Positions 40,986-53,862 of a DNA stretch of 64,000 nucleotides are shown piece by piece. The notes under the pieces are model-generated. The model was not told the DNA's origin. It made no database searches and saw nothing but the letters and a program-made list of their open reading frames with translations. The stretch comes from an uncultured delta proteobacterium (lineage in GTDB: Bacteria > Myxococcota_A > Polyangia > Palsa-1104), in contig CAWAWS010000006.1 in NCBI GenBank assembly GCA_963785725.1, forward strand, positions 1 through 64,000, given 5' to 3'. Position 1 is the stretch's first letter. Every line of letters begins with the position of its first letter. A program made the position numbers and the translations under genes.

Positions 40986-43900
40986 GTGGCACACGACAAC
41001 ATCGCCGAGGCGCCGTTTCTCGGCTCCAGTCGCTTCGCCATCCAGCGCCGGCTCGGCATGGGCGGCATGGGCGTCGTCTATCAAGCGTTCGACCGCGAGC
41101 GCAACCAAGTGGTCGCGCTCAAGACCTTGCGCGACATGGACGCGGCGACGGTGGTGCGCTTCAAGCGCGAGTTCCGCGCGCTCGCCGACGTCAGCCATCC
41201 CAACCTCGTGTCGCTGTACGAGCTGGTGGCGATCGAGACGCACATCTTCTTCACGATGGAGCTGGTGCCGGGCGTGTCGTTCTTACGCTGGGCGCGCGGC
41301 GGCGGCGAGGACGATCCCGATCCGCTCGACGGCGACACGGTCGAATTGTCGGAGATCGTCGTCGACGCGCCCGAGACCGACTCGACCGAGCCCGGCAAGC
41401 GCGGCCACTTGACGCCGCGACCGCGGCCGGCGCGCCCGAGAGCGGCGCCGGTCTCGTCGGCGCCGCCGGCGCAGCTCGATCTGGCGCGCCTGCGTCCGTC
41501 GCTGATGCAGCTGGCCGAGGGCGTGGCCGCGCTGCACGCGTTCGGCATGCTGCACCGCGATCTCAAGCCGTCGAACGTCATCGTGACCCGCGACGGGCGC
41601 GTCAAGATCCTCGACTTCGGCTTGGTGACCGACCTGACGGGCGAGGCCGGCGTCGAGGACGCGCTCGTCGGCACGGCCGCGTACATGTCGCCCGAGCAGG
41701 GCGCGCGCCTGGCGCTGACGCCGGCCAGCGACTGGTACGCCGTCGGCGTCATGTTGTACGAGGCGCTGACCGGCCGCTTGCCCTTCGTCGGCTCGTCGAC
41801 GGACGTGCTCATGGACAAGCAGCAGTTCGAGCCGCCGTCGCCGCGCGAGCTCGTGTCCGACGCGCCGCAAGATTCTGACGGCGCTGTGCGTCGAGCTCTT
41901 GCGCCGCGATCCGTCGCTGCGTCCGCTCGGTCGCGAGGTCTTGCGCCGGCTCGGCTCGGGCACGGCGGCGATTCGCACGGCGACCGGGCGCTCGTCGTCC
42001 CGCTCGAGCGTGTTCGTCGGCCGCGAGGCGCACTCGGACGCGCTGGAAGCGGCGCTCGCCGAAGTCCGCCGCGGCAAAGCCGTGGTCGAGTTCGTGCACG
42101 GCACGTCGGGCATGGGCAAGAGCGCGCTCGTGCGCCGCTTCTTGGACGCGCTCGAGGAGGACAAAGCCGCCGTCGTCTTGACCGGCCGCTGCTACGAGCG
42201 CGAGTCGGTGCCGTACAAAGCGGTCGACAGCCTCGTCGACGGGCTGAGCCAATATTTGTCGCGTCTGCCGCGGCTCGACTGCGAAGGGCTGATGCCGCGT
42301 GACGTGCGCGCGCTGGCCCGTGTTTTCCCGGTCTTGCGCCAAGTGGAAGCGGTGACGGCGGCGCCGCGGCGCGCCGCCGATCCGACCGACAAACAGGAGC
42401 TGCGCCGGCGCGCCTTCGAGGCCTTGCGCGAGCTGTTGGCGCGGCTGGCCGATCGCAGCCCGCTCGTCCTCTCCATCGACGACGTGCAGTGGGGCGACGT
42501 CGACTCGGCCGTACTCTTGGCGGCGCTCTTGCGTCCACCGGATGCGCCGGCGCTGCTCTTGGTCGCCACGCATCGCAGCGAGGACACGACCGAGTCGACG
42601 TTCTTGCGCGCCTTCAAGGCCGAGCTGGCCCGCCAAGGCAACGACGTGCGCGACCTGCCCGTGGGACCGCTTGCGCCCGACGACGCGCGGCAATTGGCGC
42701 TCATGCTGCTGCACGCCAACGGCGCGCAGGCCGAGGCGCAGGCCGAACGCATCGCCGAGGAGGCCGCGGGCAGCCCCTTCTTCATCGACGAGCTGGCGCG
42801 TCACGTCCGCGAAGGCGAGCCGGCGACGCCGGAGATGATTCTCGCTCGACGAGGTGCTGCGCGCGCGCCTGCGCCGCCTGCCCGACGACGCGCGCCGCCT
42901 GCTCGCCGCCGTCGCCGTCGCCGGCCGACCGCTGCCGCTGGCCGTCGCCGAGCGCGCCGCCGAGCTCAACGATCAGTCGGCGCTGGCGCTGCTCAAGGCC
43001 GGCAGCCTGGTGCGGGCGCGCGGCGCGTCGGAGGCGCCGCTCGTCGAGTGCTGGCACGATCGCATCCGCGAGACGGCGCTGGCGCTGCTCGATGCCGGGC
43101 AGCTGCGCTGGTTCCACCTGCGCTTGGCCATCGCGCTGGCGTCGACGCCGCAGCCGGACGCCGAGGCGCTCGCCAACCACTTCTTGGGCGCGGGCGAGAT
43201 CGAGCGCGCCGCCGAGTTCGCCGCCGACGCCGCCGCGCGCGCCGAGGAGACGCTGGCGTTCGAGCGCGCCGCGCAGCTCTATCGCTTCGCGCTCGAGCTG
43301 AGGCCCCCCAAGACGATCGATCGCGCCGTCGAGCGCGCGCTGCAGGTTCGCCTCGGCGACGCGCTGTCCAACGCCGGGCGCGGCGCGGAGGCGGCGTCGT
43401 CGTACATCGATGCCGCCGCCGGCGCGACCGCGGCCGAGACGCTCGATCTGCATCGCCGCTCGGCGCAGGAGCTCTTGCGCGCCGGCCACATCCGCGAAGG
43501 CGTGCTGGCGCTGCAAGACGTGCTCGCTCACGTCGGCATGAAGCTGGCCAAGACGCCGGCGGCGGCCGTGGCTTCGCTGCTCTTTAGGCGCGCGCGGATT
43601 CGACTGCGTGGCCTCAACTGGCGCGAGCGCGACGTCACCCAAGTGCCCGCCGATCAGCTGACCCGCGTCGACGTCGCCTACACGCTGACGTCGGGCTTGG
43701 GGATGGTCGACATGGTGCGCGCCGCCGACTTTCAGGCGCGGCAGCTGCAATTGGCGCTCGACGCCGGCGAGCCGCACCGCATCGTGCGTGCGCTCGCCGC
43801 CGAGGCCGCGTTCTTGTCGACGGGCGGCGTCGCCGCCGCCGGGCGCAGCGCCGCCGTGCTCGTGCGCGTGCACGCGCTGGCCAAGCGGCTGGCGACGGCC

Positions 43901-44809
43901 GAAGCCGAAGCCTACGCCGTCGGCGCCTCCGGCATCGTCGCCTTTCAGGAGGGCCGCTTCGGCGAGGCGCGCATCCACTGCGCCAAATCCGAGGAGATCT
44001 TGCGCGATCGCTGCACCGGCCACGTCTGGGAGCGCACGACGGCGCTCATCTTCACGCTGTTCGCCTCGGCGCTGCTCGGGCGCGTGCGCGAGCTGTGCGT
44101 GCGGCTGCCGTCGGTGCAAAAGGAGGCGCTCGAACGCGGCGATCTGTACTCGTTCACGAGCTTGCAGGCGGCGATCGGCTATTACCCGGGCTTGTGCGCG
44201 GGCGAGCCGGAGCGGGCGCGGCAAGAGCTGCACGACGGCATGCGTCGCTGGAACGTCAACGACCAGGTGCAGCTGCAGCACTTCAATGCGCTCATGTCCG
44301 AGAACATCATCGACTTGTACGCCGGCGACCCGGTCAAGGCCTGGCAGCGCATCGACGAGGGCTGGCGCCGCTTCGATCGCGCGCTGCTCTTGCGCGGCGA
44401 GACGCTGCTCGTGAGCTCGTTGATGGCGCGCGGCACCGCGGCGCTGGCGTCGAGCGCCGTCGCCGGCCGGCACGAGCTGTTGCCGCAGGCCGAGCGCGAC
44501 ATCAAGCGGCTCGGGCGCATCCCGGCGCCCTATACGCAGGCGCTGTCGCGGCAGCTCGCGGCGTCGTTGACGCTGTGCCGCGGCGACTTGGCGCGCGCCG
44601 TCGTCGATCTCGTCGACGCCGAAGCGGCCGTGCGCGGCATCGGCATGGAGCTGCACGGCGCGGCGTTGCGCTGGCGGCGCGGCCAGGTCGTCGGCGGTGA
44701 CGAAGGGGCAACCTTGCAGTCCGAGGCCGAGGCCTGGTTCTCGAGCCAAGGCTTCGTCAGCCCGGCGCGCATGGCCGACACGCTGGTGCCTGCGCCCGCG
44801 CCCAGGTGA
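40986..44809 (+). CDS. Ser/Thr kinase-AAA ATPase-TPR-like protein (frameshifts near 41880 and 42850)
   Basis: 'LGMGGMGVVY', 'VALK', 'HRDLKPSN', 'DFG', 'YMSPEQ'; Walker A 'GTSGMGKS', Walker B 'LSIDDVQWGD', 'GSPFFIDEL'. Confidence 0.9.
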
Positions 44810-44916
44810 GGCAGTCCCACCCACCTAATGGCTCATTCGCCGTCGCGGTTTAGTGAAATGGAGTAGTTACGCGGCAAATGTGAGCGGCACGTGGCGTGCT
44901 TTGGCGACTATCGTCT

Positions 44917-46129
44917 ATGTCGCGCCGCAAGAGTCTCTGGCGACGGGTCATCATGGTCGGGGCCGCGCTGCTCGCGGCTTCGGTCGGCGCCGGCGCGCTG
45001 GCGATTCGGCCGGTCGACCCGATCGATTGGCGGCCGCAGCTGTGGGAGCTGGCGCCGCACGTCGAAGCCGGCCACGTCGTGCAGCCGCTCGTCGACGGCG
45101 GGCGCGCGCAGCTGACCCTCGACGCCGCGCTGCAGGCCGACGCCGAGCGCCTCCTGTCCGACGCCGACGCGGTGCATGGCGCGGCGGTCGTCGTCGACGT
45201 GGCCGACGGGCGCGTGTTGGCGCTGGCCGGCCGCTCGCGCGCGACGCCCGGTCGCAACGACTTGCGCCTGCCGCTCGGCGCGTGGGCGCCGGCGGCGTCG
45301 GTGTTCAAGCTGGTGACGACGGCGGCGCTGCTCGATGCCGGCGTCAAGCCCGACACCAAAGTCTGCTATCACGCGGGCACGCACAGCATCGAAGCCGACA
45401 ACTTGGAAGAGCAGCCGGGTCTCGACGATCGCTGCCGCAATCTCGCCTACGGCCTGGCCAAGTCGCAGAATGCGATCATCGGCCGACTGGCGCACGACTT
45501 CCTCGATCCGCAGACGCTCGACGAGCACGCCCGGGCGCTCGGCTTCGGCGCGGCGCCGGCGTTCGCGCTGCCGGCGGCGCCGTCGGCGCTGGCGATTCCC
45601 ACGGAGCCGCTGGCGTTCGCACGCACCGCCGCCGGCTTTTGGCACACGACGCTGTCGCCGCTGCATGGCGCGCTCTTGGCGGCGACGATCGCGCGCGGCG
45701 GCGAGATGCCGGCGTTGCGTTGGGTCGAGCGCGTCACCGACGGCGGTGGTCGCGAGCAGCCGCTGCCGGCGCTGGCGCCGCCGCACCGCGCGATGAACGC
45801 CGAGACCGCGGCCACGCTCGGGCGCATGATGATCAACACGACCGAGTGGGGCTCGGCCACGCGCGCGTTCCACGACGGCAAGCGGCGCATCCTCGGTCAC
45901 GTTCGCGTCGCCGGCAAGACGGGCACGCTCAATGGCGACGATCCGGCGCTGGCCTATTCGTGGTTCGTCGGCTTCGCGCCTGCCGATGCGCCGCGCGTCG
46001 CGTTCGCCGTCTTGCTCGCGCGCGGCGACGAGAGCGAGGTCAAGGCAGCGGCCGTCGCGCGCGCTCTCGTCGGATCTCTGGCTCGGTCAGTCGGCGACGC
46101 CGGCCGCGTCGCGGCTCGCTTCGCGTTAG
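44917..46129 (+). CDS. Penicillin-binding protein (transpeptidase domain); ORF track runs to 46269, true end probably 46129 via a late frameshift
   Basis: SxxK 'ASVFK', SxN 'SQN', 'AGKTGT', 'YSWFVGFAPADAPRVAFAV'; N-terminal TM. Confidence 0.88.
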
Positions 46130-47248
46130 TTAGCTCGGGCGGCGCAGCGCGCGAGAGAGGTCGCGCAGCGCGAACGGGAAGCGGACGAGCCCGACGGACA
46201 GGAGCGGCACCCACAAGCTGCCCCAATACGTATCGAACGGCTTGCCGACGATGCAGAAGGCGAGCATGAAGCCGAGGAGCGTCCAGCCCATGCGCGTGGC
46301 GCCGGGATTGCGCCAGCCGGCGTAGCCCAAAAGCGCGCACGGGATGACGAAGGCGGCGACGACGCGCGGCAAGAGCAGGCCGTAGGCGTCGAAGCTCAGC
46401 ATCGACACGAGGAAACGCGGGCCGCCGAACACGAGCCAGCTGCGCGAGGGCGCCGTGAAGTCGGCCGGTCCGAGGTGCTGCGCGACGACGTGAAAATGCA
46501 GCGCCATGAGGCCCGTCCAGGCGGCGACGGCGACGATCCAGGCGAGCGCTTCGGCCGAGCGGCGCGCGTGCAGCGCCAGCAGAAACGCGACGCCGCAAGG
46601 CAGGAGCGCGTGCTCGCGAAACGCCAGCGCCACCAGCAGCGCCAGGAATCCGAGCGGCCAACGATCGCGCGCGTACAGCGTCGCCGACAAGATGATGAAG
46701 CTGCCGGCCCACACTTCCTGAAAGACGACGGCGTCGGCGCCGAAGGGCAGGGCGCCCGCGTGCAAGGCCACGACCGCCAACGCCGCCCGCTCGCTGAAGG
46801 CGCCGCGCAGCCACACGAACGAGAGCACGATCGTCGTCAGCGCCAGCGCGACCAGCCACGCGCTCGGCCACGGCAGCCGCGCCAGCACGAACGCGTAGGT
46901 CGGCTCGCGCCAGTTGAAGACCGGCCGCGTCGGATAGTCGCGCGCGCGCAGCTCGGCGCCGGTCGCGTCGTAGTAATTCTGCCCGCCACGGACGCGCGCG
47001 ATGATCGCTTCGTAGAGCGCGCTGTCGGAGTGGCCGGGCGTCGCTAGGGCCGTGTGATTCTGCAGCCGCGCCGGCGTCGGACCGGCCACGCAGTAGACGA
47101 ACCAGCCGCAGACGACGACGAACGCGGTCGCGATGGCCAGCGCGCGCCGCTGCGACAGCGCCAGGAAGCGCGAGCCGTTCGCCGTCGCCAGCTCGTCATT
47201 CGATCGCGCGTTGGGCGGCGGGCTTTGCAGTTGATCGACGCGTTCCAA
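46130..47248 (-). CDS. Polytopic membrane protein, possibly GT-C-like
   Basis: About 10 hydrophobic segments; 'YPTRPVFNWREPT', 'LALAFREHAL', 'YWG'. Confidence 0.6.
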   Translation of the reverse strand: MERVDQLQSPPPNARSNDELATANGSRFLALSQRRALAIATAFVVVCGWFVYCVAGPTPARLQNHTALATPGHSDSALYEAIIARVRGGQNYYDATGAELRARDYPTRPVFNWREPTYAFVLARLPWPSAWLVALALTTIVLSFVWLRGAFSERAALAVVALHAGALPFGADAVVFQEVWAGSFIILSATLYARDRWPLGFLALLVALAFREHALLPCGVAFLLALHARRSAEALAWIVAVAAWTGLMALHFHVVAQHLGPADFTAPSRSWLVFGGPRFLVSMLSFDAYGLLLPRVVAAFVIPCALLGYAGWRNPGATRMGWTLLGFMLAFCIVGKPFDTYWGSLWVPLLSVGLVRFPFALRDLSRALRRPS

Positions 47249-47322
47249 TATGTTGCACTTTAACCCGCAGCGACGCGCCAGCGGCCGATCATCGAGCGTT
47301 CGTCGCGGGCGACGTCGCGCTC

Positions 47323-48603
47323 TTGATGGAGAACCCCACGCCACCCGATCCGCGATCCGCGACCGCCGGCGCCGTCGACTCGCCGGCGCGGCAGCTGACG
47401 AAGAAGATCCTGTTGACGCTCTCGTTCGCGCTCGTGCTCGGCCTCGGCCGCGCCATCTTCGATCCGCGCGCGCGGGCGGCCGGCGTCTTCTTCGACTTCG
47501 GGCTCCTGGCGACCTTCGTCTTGAACGCGCTCATCGCGCAGTCGCCGCGGCAGGTTCGGCAGACGGCGGGCTTGGCGATCGTCCTCCTCGTCGTGCAGCT
47601 CGCCGTCTATCGCGCGCCGCCGCACGATTCCATGCAGGCGCTGGCCGTCGCGGCGCGCCTGTTCGGGCTGACCAGCCTGTTCATGATGCTGCTGGCCGGC
47701 CTGCGCGCCCGCGACGCCGCGCTCGAGCCGGCGATGCGCCGCCTCTTGCTCGGTCTTTTGCCGACGTTTTTCATCGTGCTGGCGAGCTTCGGCGCCACGC
47801 TGTCGGTGCTGCTGCATCCGGTTGTCTGGGACGGGCTGCTGTACGCGTGGGAAGCCACGCTCGGCACGCCGCCCAGCTTCGTCGCCGGTCAGCTGTTCGC
47901 GCGCGTGCCCGTGCTGTCCGCGGTGTGCCAGCTGGTCTATCTGTTGGCGCCGGTCGGCCTGGCGCTGGTGTTCGGCGCGCAGCGACGGAGCGGGCGGCCG
48001 CCGGTGATCGACGTCGGCGCCGCGCTGATCGTGACGACCATCGTCGGCTTCTGCATCTACCAGCTGTTTCCGGCGAGCGGTCCCGCGTACGTGTTCGGCG
48101 CCGCCTACCCGTGGCATCCGCCGGCGGCGGCGATGGTGGCGCTGAAACAGGCGCTGCCACAGCCGGCGCCGCGCAACTGCGTGCCGTCGCTGCATACGGC
48201 GTGGGCGCTCCTGCTCGTGTGGCACAGCCGCGGTCGCGCGCCGTGGCTGCGCGTGGCGACGGGCGCGTTTCTCGCGTTGACGCTGCTGGCGACGATGGGC
48301 CTCGGCGAGCACTACCTGCCCGATCTCGTCATCGCCGTGCCGTTCACGGCGGCGACGCAGGCGCTGGTGGCGCCGCCGTCGCCGGCGCGCTGGCCGGTGC
48401 TGCTCGTCGGCGCGGGCGTCACGCTCGTGTGGCTCGTGCTCTTGGCGACGGGCGCGCTGCTCGTGCATCCGTCGGCGGTCGTCTCGGGCGCGCTGGCGTT
48501 GGCGACGATCGCGCTCGGCGTGACGCTGTCGCGGCGCTTGTGGCGCGCCAGCGCTGCCGTCGCTGAGGCGGCTTTCGCGACAGCCGCGCCGGAGCCATGC
48601 TAG
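47323..48603 (+). CDS. PAP2 superfamily (PAP2_3-like) membrane protein
   Basis: 'YQLFPASGP', '[11 protein letters not shown]', '[10 protein letters not shown]'. Confidence 0.82.
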   Translation: MMENPTPPDPRSATAGAVDSPARQLTKKILLTLSFALVLGLGRAIFDPRARAAGVFFDFGLLATFVLNALIAQSPRQVRQTAGLAIVLLVVQLAVYRAPPHDSMQALAVAARLFGLTSLFMMLLAGLRARDAALEPAMRRLLLGLLPTFFIVLASFGATLSVLLHPVVWDGLLYAWEATLGTPPSFVAGQLFARVPVLSAVCQLVYLLAPVGLALVFGAQRRSGRPPVIDVGAALIVTTIVGFCIYQLFPASGPAYVFGAAYPWHPPAAAMVALKQALPQPAPRNCVPSLHTAWALLLVWHSRGRAPWLRVATGAFLALTLLATMGLGEHYLPDLVIAVPFTAATQALVAPPSPARWPVLLVGAGVTLVWLVLLATGALLVHPSAVVSGALALATIALGVTLSRRLWRASAAVAEAAFATAAPEPC

Positions 48604-48614
48604 CTTCCAAAATC

Positions 48615-49568
48615 ATGTCGCAGAAGAAGATCGAAGACGTCGTCATCATTGGCTCCGGTCCCGCCGGACACACGGCCGCCATCTACGCGGCGCGCGCCAA
48701 CCTGAACCCTGTCATGTTCGAAGGCTTCATGGCCGGAGGCGTCGCCGCCGGCGGCCAGCTGACCACGACCACCGACGTGGAAAACTACCCCGGCTTCCCC
48801 GAAGGCATCGACGGGACGAAGCTCACCGAGCACTTCCGCGCGCAGTCGGCGCGCTTCGGCACGCGCATCATTACCGAGACCGTCGATCGCCTCGACCTGT
48901 CGGAGCGGCCGTTCAAGCTGCGCACGGTCTCGCACGAGATGGAGGCCAAGACGCTCATCATCGCCACCGGCGCCACCGCGCGCCGCCTCGCCATCCCCGG
49001 CGAAGAGAAGCTGTGGCAGCTCGGCATCAGCGCCTGCGCCGTGTGCGACGGCGCGCTGCCGATCTATCGCCAGAAGGTGCTGATGGTCATCGGCGGCGGC
49101 GACACGGCCGTCGAAGAGGCGTCGCACCTGACGAAGTTCGGCTCCAAGGTCATCGTCGTCCATCGTCGCGACAAGCTGCGCGCCTCGCACATCATGCAAA
49201 AGCGGCTGCTCGAGAACCCCAAAGTGGAGATGATTTGGGATTCGGTGGCCGAAGAGGCGCTCGGCGACAAAGTGCTGACCAGCGTGCGAATCCGCAATTT
49301 GAAGACGGACAAGACGCACATCGTGCACGCGGGCGGGCTCTTTTACGCGATCGGGCACGAGCCCAACACGTCGTTCCTCGAGCGGCAGGTCAAGCTCGAC
49401 GAGCAGGGCTATATCGTCACGCACCCGGGCACGACGCAGACGTCGGTCAAGGGCGTGTTCGCCGCCGGCGACGTGCAGGACAAGCACTGGCGGCAGGCGA
49501 TTACGGCCGCCGGCACCGGCTGCATGGCCGCGCTCGAGGCCGAGCGCTTCTTGGTCGAGCACGGCTGA
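48615..49568 (+). CDS. trxB: Thioredoxin-disulfide reductase
   Basis: '[18 protein letters not shown]', '[16 protein letters not shown]', 'SACAVCDG', '[10 protein letters not shown]', '[14 protein letters not shown]'. Confidence 0.97.
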   Translation: MSQKKIEDVVIIGSGPAGHTAAIYAARANLNPVMFEGFMAGGVAAGGQLTTTTDVENYPGFPEGIDGTKLTEHFRAQSARFGTRIITETVDRLDLSERPFKLRTVSHEMEAKTLIIATGATARRLAIPGEEKLWQLGISACAVCDGALPIYRQKVLMVIGGGDTAVEEASHLTKFGSKVIVVHRRDKLRASHIMQKRLLENPKVEMIWDSVAEEALGDKVLTSVRIRNLKTDKTHIVHAGGLFYAIGHEPNTSFLERQVKLDEQGYIVTHPGTTQTSVKGVFAAGDVQDKHWRQAITAAGTGCMAALEAERFLVEHG

Positions 49569-49643
49569 GTAGCGGGATTACGCCGCATCGCGGCGTAAGA
49601 AGTGCCTCTCGACGTGTGGCGCGCATCAGCTAAGATGCGCGCC

Positions 49644-51607
49644 ATGCGTAGCTCTATATTTTCTTTGCTTGCCGGCCTTCTCATTTTCGCGTCCGGTTGC
49701 AGCAACAAAGCCCATAGCGTCACCGACGGCGGCGCGCCGCCCGAAGCGGCGCCCGGCTGCAACCCCGTCATCGGCGACGACTGCCTGACGCCGTTCCCGT
49801 CGAGCTTCTACGAAGTGGCGGACACGACGACGAAGACCGGCCTACGCGTCAAGATCGGCCCCACCACGCTGCCGCAGCAGTCCGACGGCAACCAGATCCT
49901 GCCCGATCGCATGAACCAGAAGGACGGCTTTTCGCCGTCGATGCCGTTCATCGTCTACTTCAAGGCAGAGCGTCGACCCGATCGAACCTGCCCACCAACG
50001 ACACGCTGGCCGCGTCGGTGACGGCGACGTCGACCGTGCAGGTCATCAAGGCCGACGACGGCGACGCGCGTCCCGGTCATGGCCGAGCTCGACGCCAACG
50101 CGGGCCCGGTCGGCTCGGGCGATCGTCAGGGGCTGCATCGTGCGGCCGATGACGCGGCTTCTGCCGAACACGCGCTACATCATCGCCATCCTCGGGCTCA
50201 AGGACACCACGGGCGCCGCGATCATTCCCGCGCCCTTCAAGGCGCTGCGCGACGGCACGACGCTGTCGCAGTCGCTCATGCCGGTGAAGGCGAATTATGA
50301 CGACATCTTCGCCAAGCTGACCGCGGCCGGCGTCGATCGCACCAACCTGACGGTCGCGTGGGACGTCACGACGGCCAGCGACGAGACGGCGACCTCGCAT
50401 TTGACCGGCATGGTGGCCAACGCCTTCGCGCTCGAGGCCGCCGGCTCGCTCGGCTACACCATCACGACGCCGGGCACGCCGACGACGACGGGCGACCTCT
50501 ACCAGGAGATCCTCGCCACGGTAAAGACGCCGCAATACCTGCTCGACAACACCGGCAAGTCGAACCTCGGCTTCGGCGCCGACGGTCAGCCGGTGCAGAA
50601 CGGCACCGTCGACACGCCGATCGTCATCCACATTCCGCAGTGCGTGACCGATCCCAACACGAAGTTCCCGATTCCGACGGTCGTCTTCGGTCACGGCCTC
50701 TTCGGCAGCGCGCTGGAGACGCTGCAGTCGCCCGTCTTCGAGGCCATGTCGAACACGCGCTGCGCCATCTACATCGGCACCGACTGGATCGGCTTGTCGT
50801 CGAGCGACATCACCAACGTCATCAACATCGTCTCCGGCGATCTCAACAACGTCTACGTCATCACCGATCGCCTGCAGCAGGCGCACGTCAACATCAACAC
50901 CATGACGCGCGTCTTCGCCAACGAGATCGTCAAAGACCCGATCATGCAGGTCAACGGCGTCCCGATCACCGACGGCAAGGAGATCTACTACTTCGGCGTC
51001 TCGATGGGCGGCATCGAGGGCGTCACCTTCATGGGCATCAACCCCGACATCACGCGCGGCGTGCTCAACGTGCCCGGCGCCGAGTGGTCGCTGCTCATGT
51101 ATCGCTCGACCGACTTCGCGATGTTGAAGGTGCTGTTGAGCGCGACGTTCTCCGATTCGCTCGACGCGCAGGTGGCCATCGCCGCGACGCAGCCGGAGTG
51201 GGATTACACCGATCCGGCGACCTTCGCGCCGCACGTCATCGCCGCGCCGCTGCCGGGCGTGCCGGCCAAGCAGTCTGCTCCTGCAGATGTCGATCGGCGA
51301 CGCCGAGGTGACCAACCTGTCGACGGAGCTGCTGGCGCGCACCATCGGCGTCTCCGGCTTCGACCTCGAGTTCCCGGTCTACGGCGTGCCGGTGGCGGCG
51401 GCGCCGCTCGATTCGGCGTACACGCAGTGGGATTCGCATCCGTCGACGCTGCCGCCGACGACCGACACGGCGCTGGAGAAGGACAACGGCGCGCACGAGG
51501 CCGTCTTCAACGCGCCGCTCGCGCAGCAGCAGATCAACGCCTTCATCACGCCCACGGGCCAGGCGACGTCGGTCTGCACCGGCGGCATCTGCAACATCTC
51601 GCAATGA
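49644..51607 (+). CDS. Lipoprotein with alpha/beta-hydrolase-like C-terminal domain (several frameshifts)
   Basis: Lipobox 'FASGC'; 'CLTPFPSSFY', 'DGFSP', 'VVFGHGLFG', nucleophile-elbow-like 'YFGVSMGGI', 'GDAEV.N', 'H'. Confidence 0.7.
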
Positions 51608-51651
51608 GCGAGCGTGAGCGAGCGAACGTGAGCGGAGCATCGCCCCAATGA
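51604..51651 (+). repeat. Short MIRU-like unit encoding MSERERANVSGASPQ*
   Basis: ATGAGCGAGCGTGAGCGAGCGAACGTGAGCG matches the head of the 34021-34200 units; ATGA overlaps at both ends. Confidence 0.8.
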
Positions 51652-52070
51652 GTGACGACGTTGCGCTGCTGGCCACGATCAATCAGCTGGACGGCTGGGC
51701 CCGCGAGATGGGCGTCGTCGTCACCGTGGCCAGCGCCGACGAGGTCGTGGCCTACTTCGACGTCGCGCCCAAGCATCTGCAGGCCTACGGCATCGTTCAC
51801 GGCGGCGTGCACTGCGGCGTCGTCGAGACGGTGACGTCGATCGGCGCGGCGATGGTGGCGATGGCGCGCGGGCAAAAAGTCGTCGGCCTCGAGAACAGCA
51901 CGTCGTTCATTCGCGGCGTGCGGTCGGGGCGGCTGACGGCGACGTCGAAGCCGGTGACGCGCGGCCGCAAGACGCAAGTGTGGGAAGCGTGGATTCGCGA
52001 CGAGGCCGGGCAGCTCGTCGCCGAAGGCAAAGTGCGCCTGCTCTGCCTCGACGAGCAGCAGGTCTTGTAG
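51648..52070 (+). CDS. PaaI family hotdog thioesterase
   Basis: 'HLQAYGIVHGGVHCGVVETVTS', 'VGLENSTSFIR', 'RGRKTQVW'. Confidence 0.92.
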   Translation: MSDDVALLATINQLDGWAREMGVVVTVASADEVVAYFDVAPKHLQAYGIVHGGVHCGVVETVTSIGAAMVAMARGQKVVGLENSTSFIRGVRSGRLTATSKPVTRGRKTQVWEAWIRDEAGQLVAEGKVRLLCLDEQQVL

Positions 52071-52077
52071 CCGCGAC

Positions 52078-53862
52078 ATGCGTTTCGCCCCCGCTGCCGT
52101 CGACGTTTTCACGCGCGCCGACGGCTGCGTCATCGCGCGCTCGCCGGTGCCGCTGGCCGAGCCGCCGCGCCATCTCTCCCTGAAGTTGCAAGAGTGGGCC
52201 GCGCGCACGCCGGAGCGGCCGTTTGTCGCCGAGCGCGCCGACCGCGAGACGCCGGGCGCGCGTGGCTGGCGCGTCGTGTCGTGGGCGGCCGCGCTGGCGA
52301 CGGTCGAGCGGCTGGGCCAGGCGCTGCTCGATCGCGGTCTCTCGGCGGAGCGGCCGCTGGTCATTCTGTCCGACAACGGCGTCGATCACGCGCTGCTGGC
52401 GCTGGCGGCGATGCACGTCGGCGTGCCCGTGGCGCCGCTGTCGCCGGCGTATGCGCTGCAGTCGCGCGACTTCGCCAAGCTGCGCGCCATCGTCGAGCTG
52501 CTGACGCCGGGGCTCGTCTTCGCCGAGGATGGCGCGGCTTTTTCGCCGGCGTTCGCGGCGCTGGGGCTGCCGGCGGACGCGTTCGTCGTCGCTCGCCACG
52601 CGCCGCCGGGCGCGACCGAGCTCGGCGCGCTCTCGACGACGACGCCGGGCGCGACGATGCGCGCCGCGCGCGATGCCGTCGGACCGGAGACGATCGCGAA
52701 GGTGCTGTTCACCTCGGGCTCGACGGGGCAGCCCAAAGGCGTCATCAACACGCAGCGCATGCTGACGGCGAACCAGGAGATGCTCGTCGCCGGCTGGCCG
52801 TTCTTGCGTGCGCGGCCGCCGATCGTCGTCGATTGGCTGCCGTGGAGCCACACCTTCGGCGGCAATCACAACTTCAACCTCGTGCTCTTTGCACGGCGGC
52901 ACGCTCTACGTCGACGACGGCAAGCCGGCGCCGGCGCGCATCGAGCGCACGCTGCAGGCGCTGGCCGACGTCGCGCCGACGCTCTACTTCAACGTGCCGC
53001 GCGGCTTCGACGTGCTGCTGCCGCAGCTCGAGCGCGATCACGCGCTCTGTGCGCGCGTTTCTTCGCAGCTCGACCTCCTGTTCTACGCGGCGGCGGCGCT
53101 GCCCGAGCCCTTGTGGCAGCGACTGACGGCGCTCGTGCGCGCGCATGGCCGCGACGATGCCGTTCGTGTCGGCGTGGGGCTCGACCGAGACGTCGCCGCT
53201 GGCGACGCAGGTGCATTTCGCGTCGGCGGGCGCCGGCAACATCGGGCTGCCGCCGCCCGGCGTCGAGCTGAAGCTGGTGCCGACGGGCGACAAGCTGGAG
53301 ATGCGCGTGCGCGGCCCGCAACGTCACGCCCGGCTATCTGGCGCGCGCCCGAGCTCGACGCGCGCCGCCTTCGACGACGAGGGCTACTACAAGACCGGCG
53401 ACGCCATGCGCTGGCACGACGCCGCCGATCCGCGCCGCGGCCTCGTCTTCGACGGTCGCGCTCGCCGAGGACTTCAAGCTCACGTCGGGCTCGTGGGTGC
53501 GCGTCGGCGCGCTCAGGCTGGGCCTGCTCGCGGCCGCGGCGCCGCTGCTGCAAGACGCCGTCATCGCCGGCCACGATCGCGAATTCGTCGCCGTGCTGCT
53601 CTTCCTCGACGGCGCCGCCTGCGTCGGCGACTGGCGTGCCACGCTCGTCGACAAGCTGCGCGCCTACAACCGCGCCGTCGGTCAGCCGAGCTTGTGCGTG
53701 CGGCGCGCGATCGTCGCCGACGCGCCGCCGTCGATCGACGCCGGCGAGATCACCGATAAGGGCTACTTGAACCAGCGCGCCATCCTCAGCCGCCGCGCCG
53801 ACGTCATCGCCCGCTTATACGGCAGCGACGACGCCGACGTGCTCGTCATCGATCTGCCGTAA
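52078..53862 (+). CDS. Feruloyl-CoA synthase-like acyl-CoA ligase (several frameshifts)
   Basis: '[20 protein letters not shown]', '[15 protein letters not shown]', 'YFNVPRG', 'WGSTET', '[11 protein letters not shown]', '[13 protein letters not shown]'. Confidence 0.85.

Noticed and set aside
30349..53862. Programmed frameshifting or widespread pseudogenisation (kup, bshC, kinase, feruloyl-CoA-synthase-like gene)
   Set aside because: Breaks are single-base indels, catalytic motifs are intact and no consistent slippery sites are seen; assembly error is the simpler explanation.
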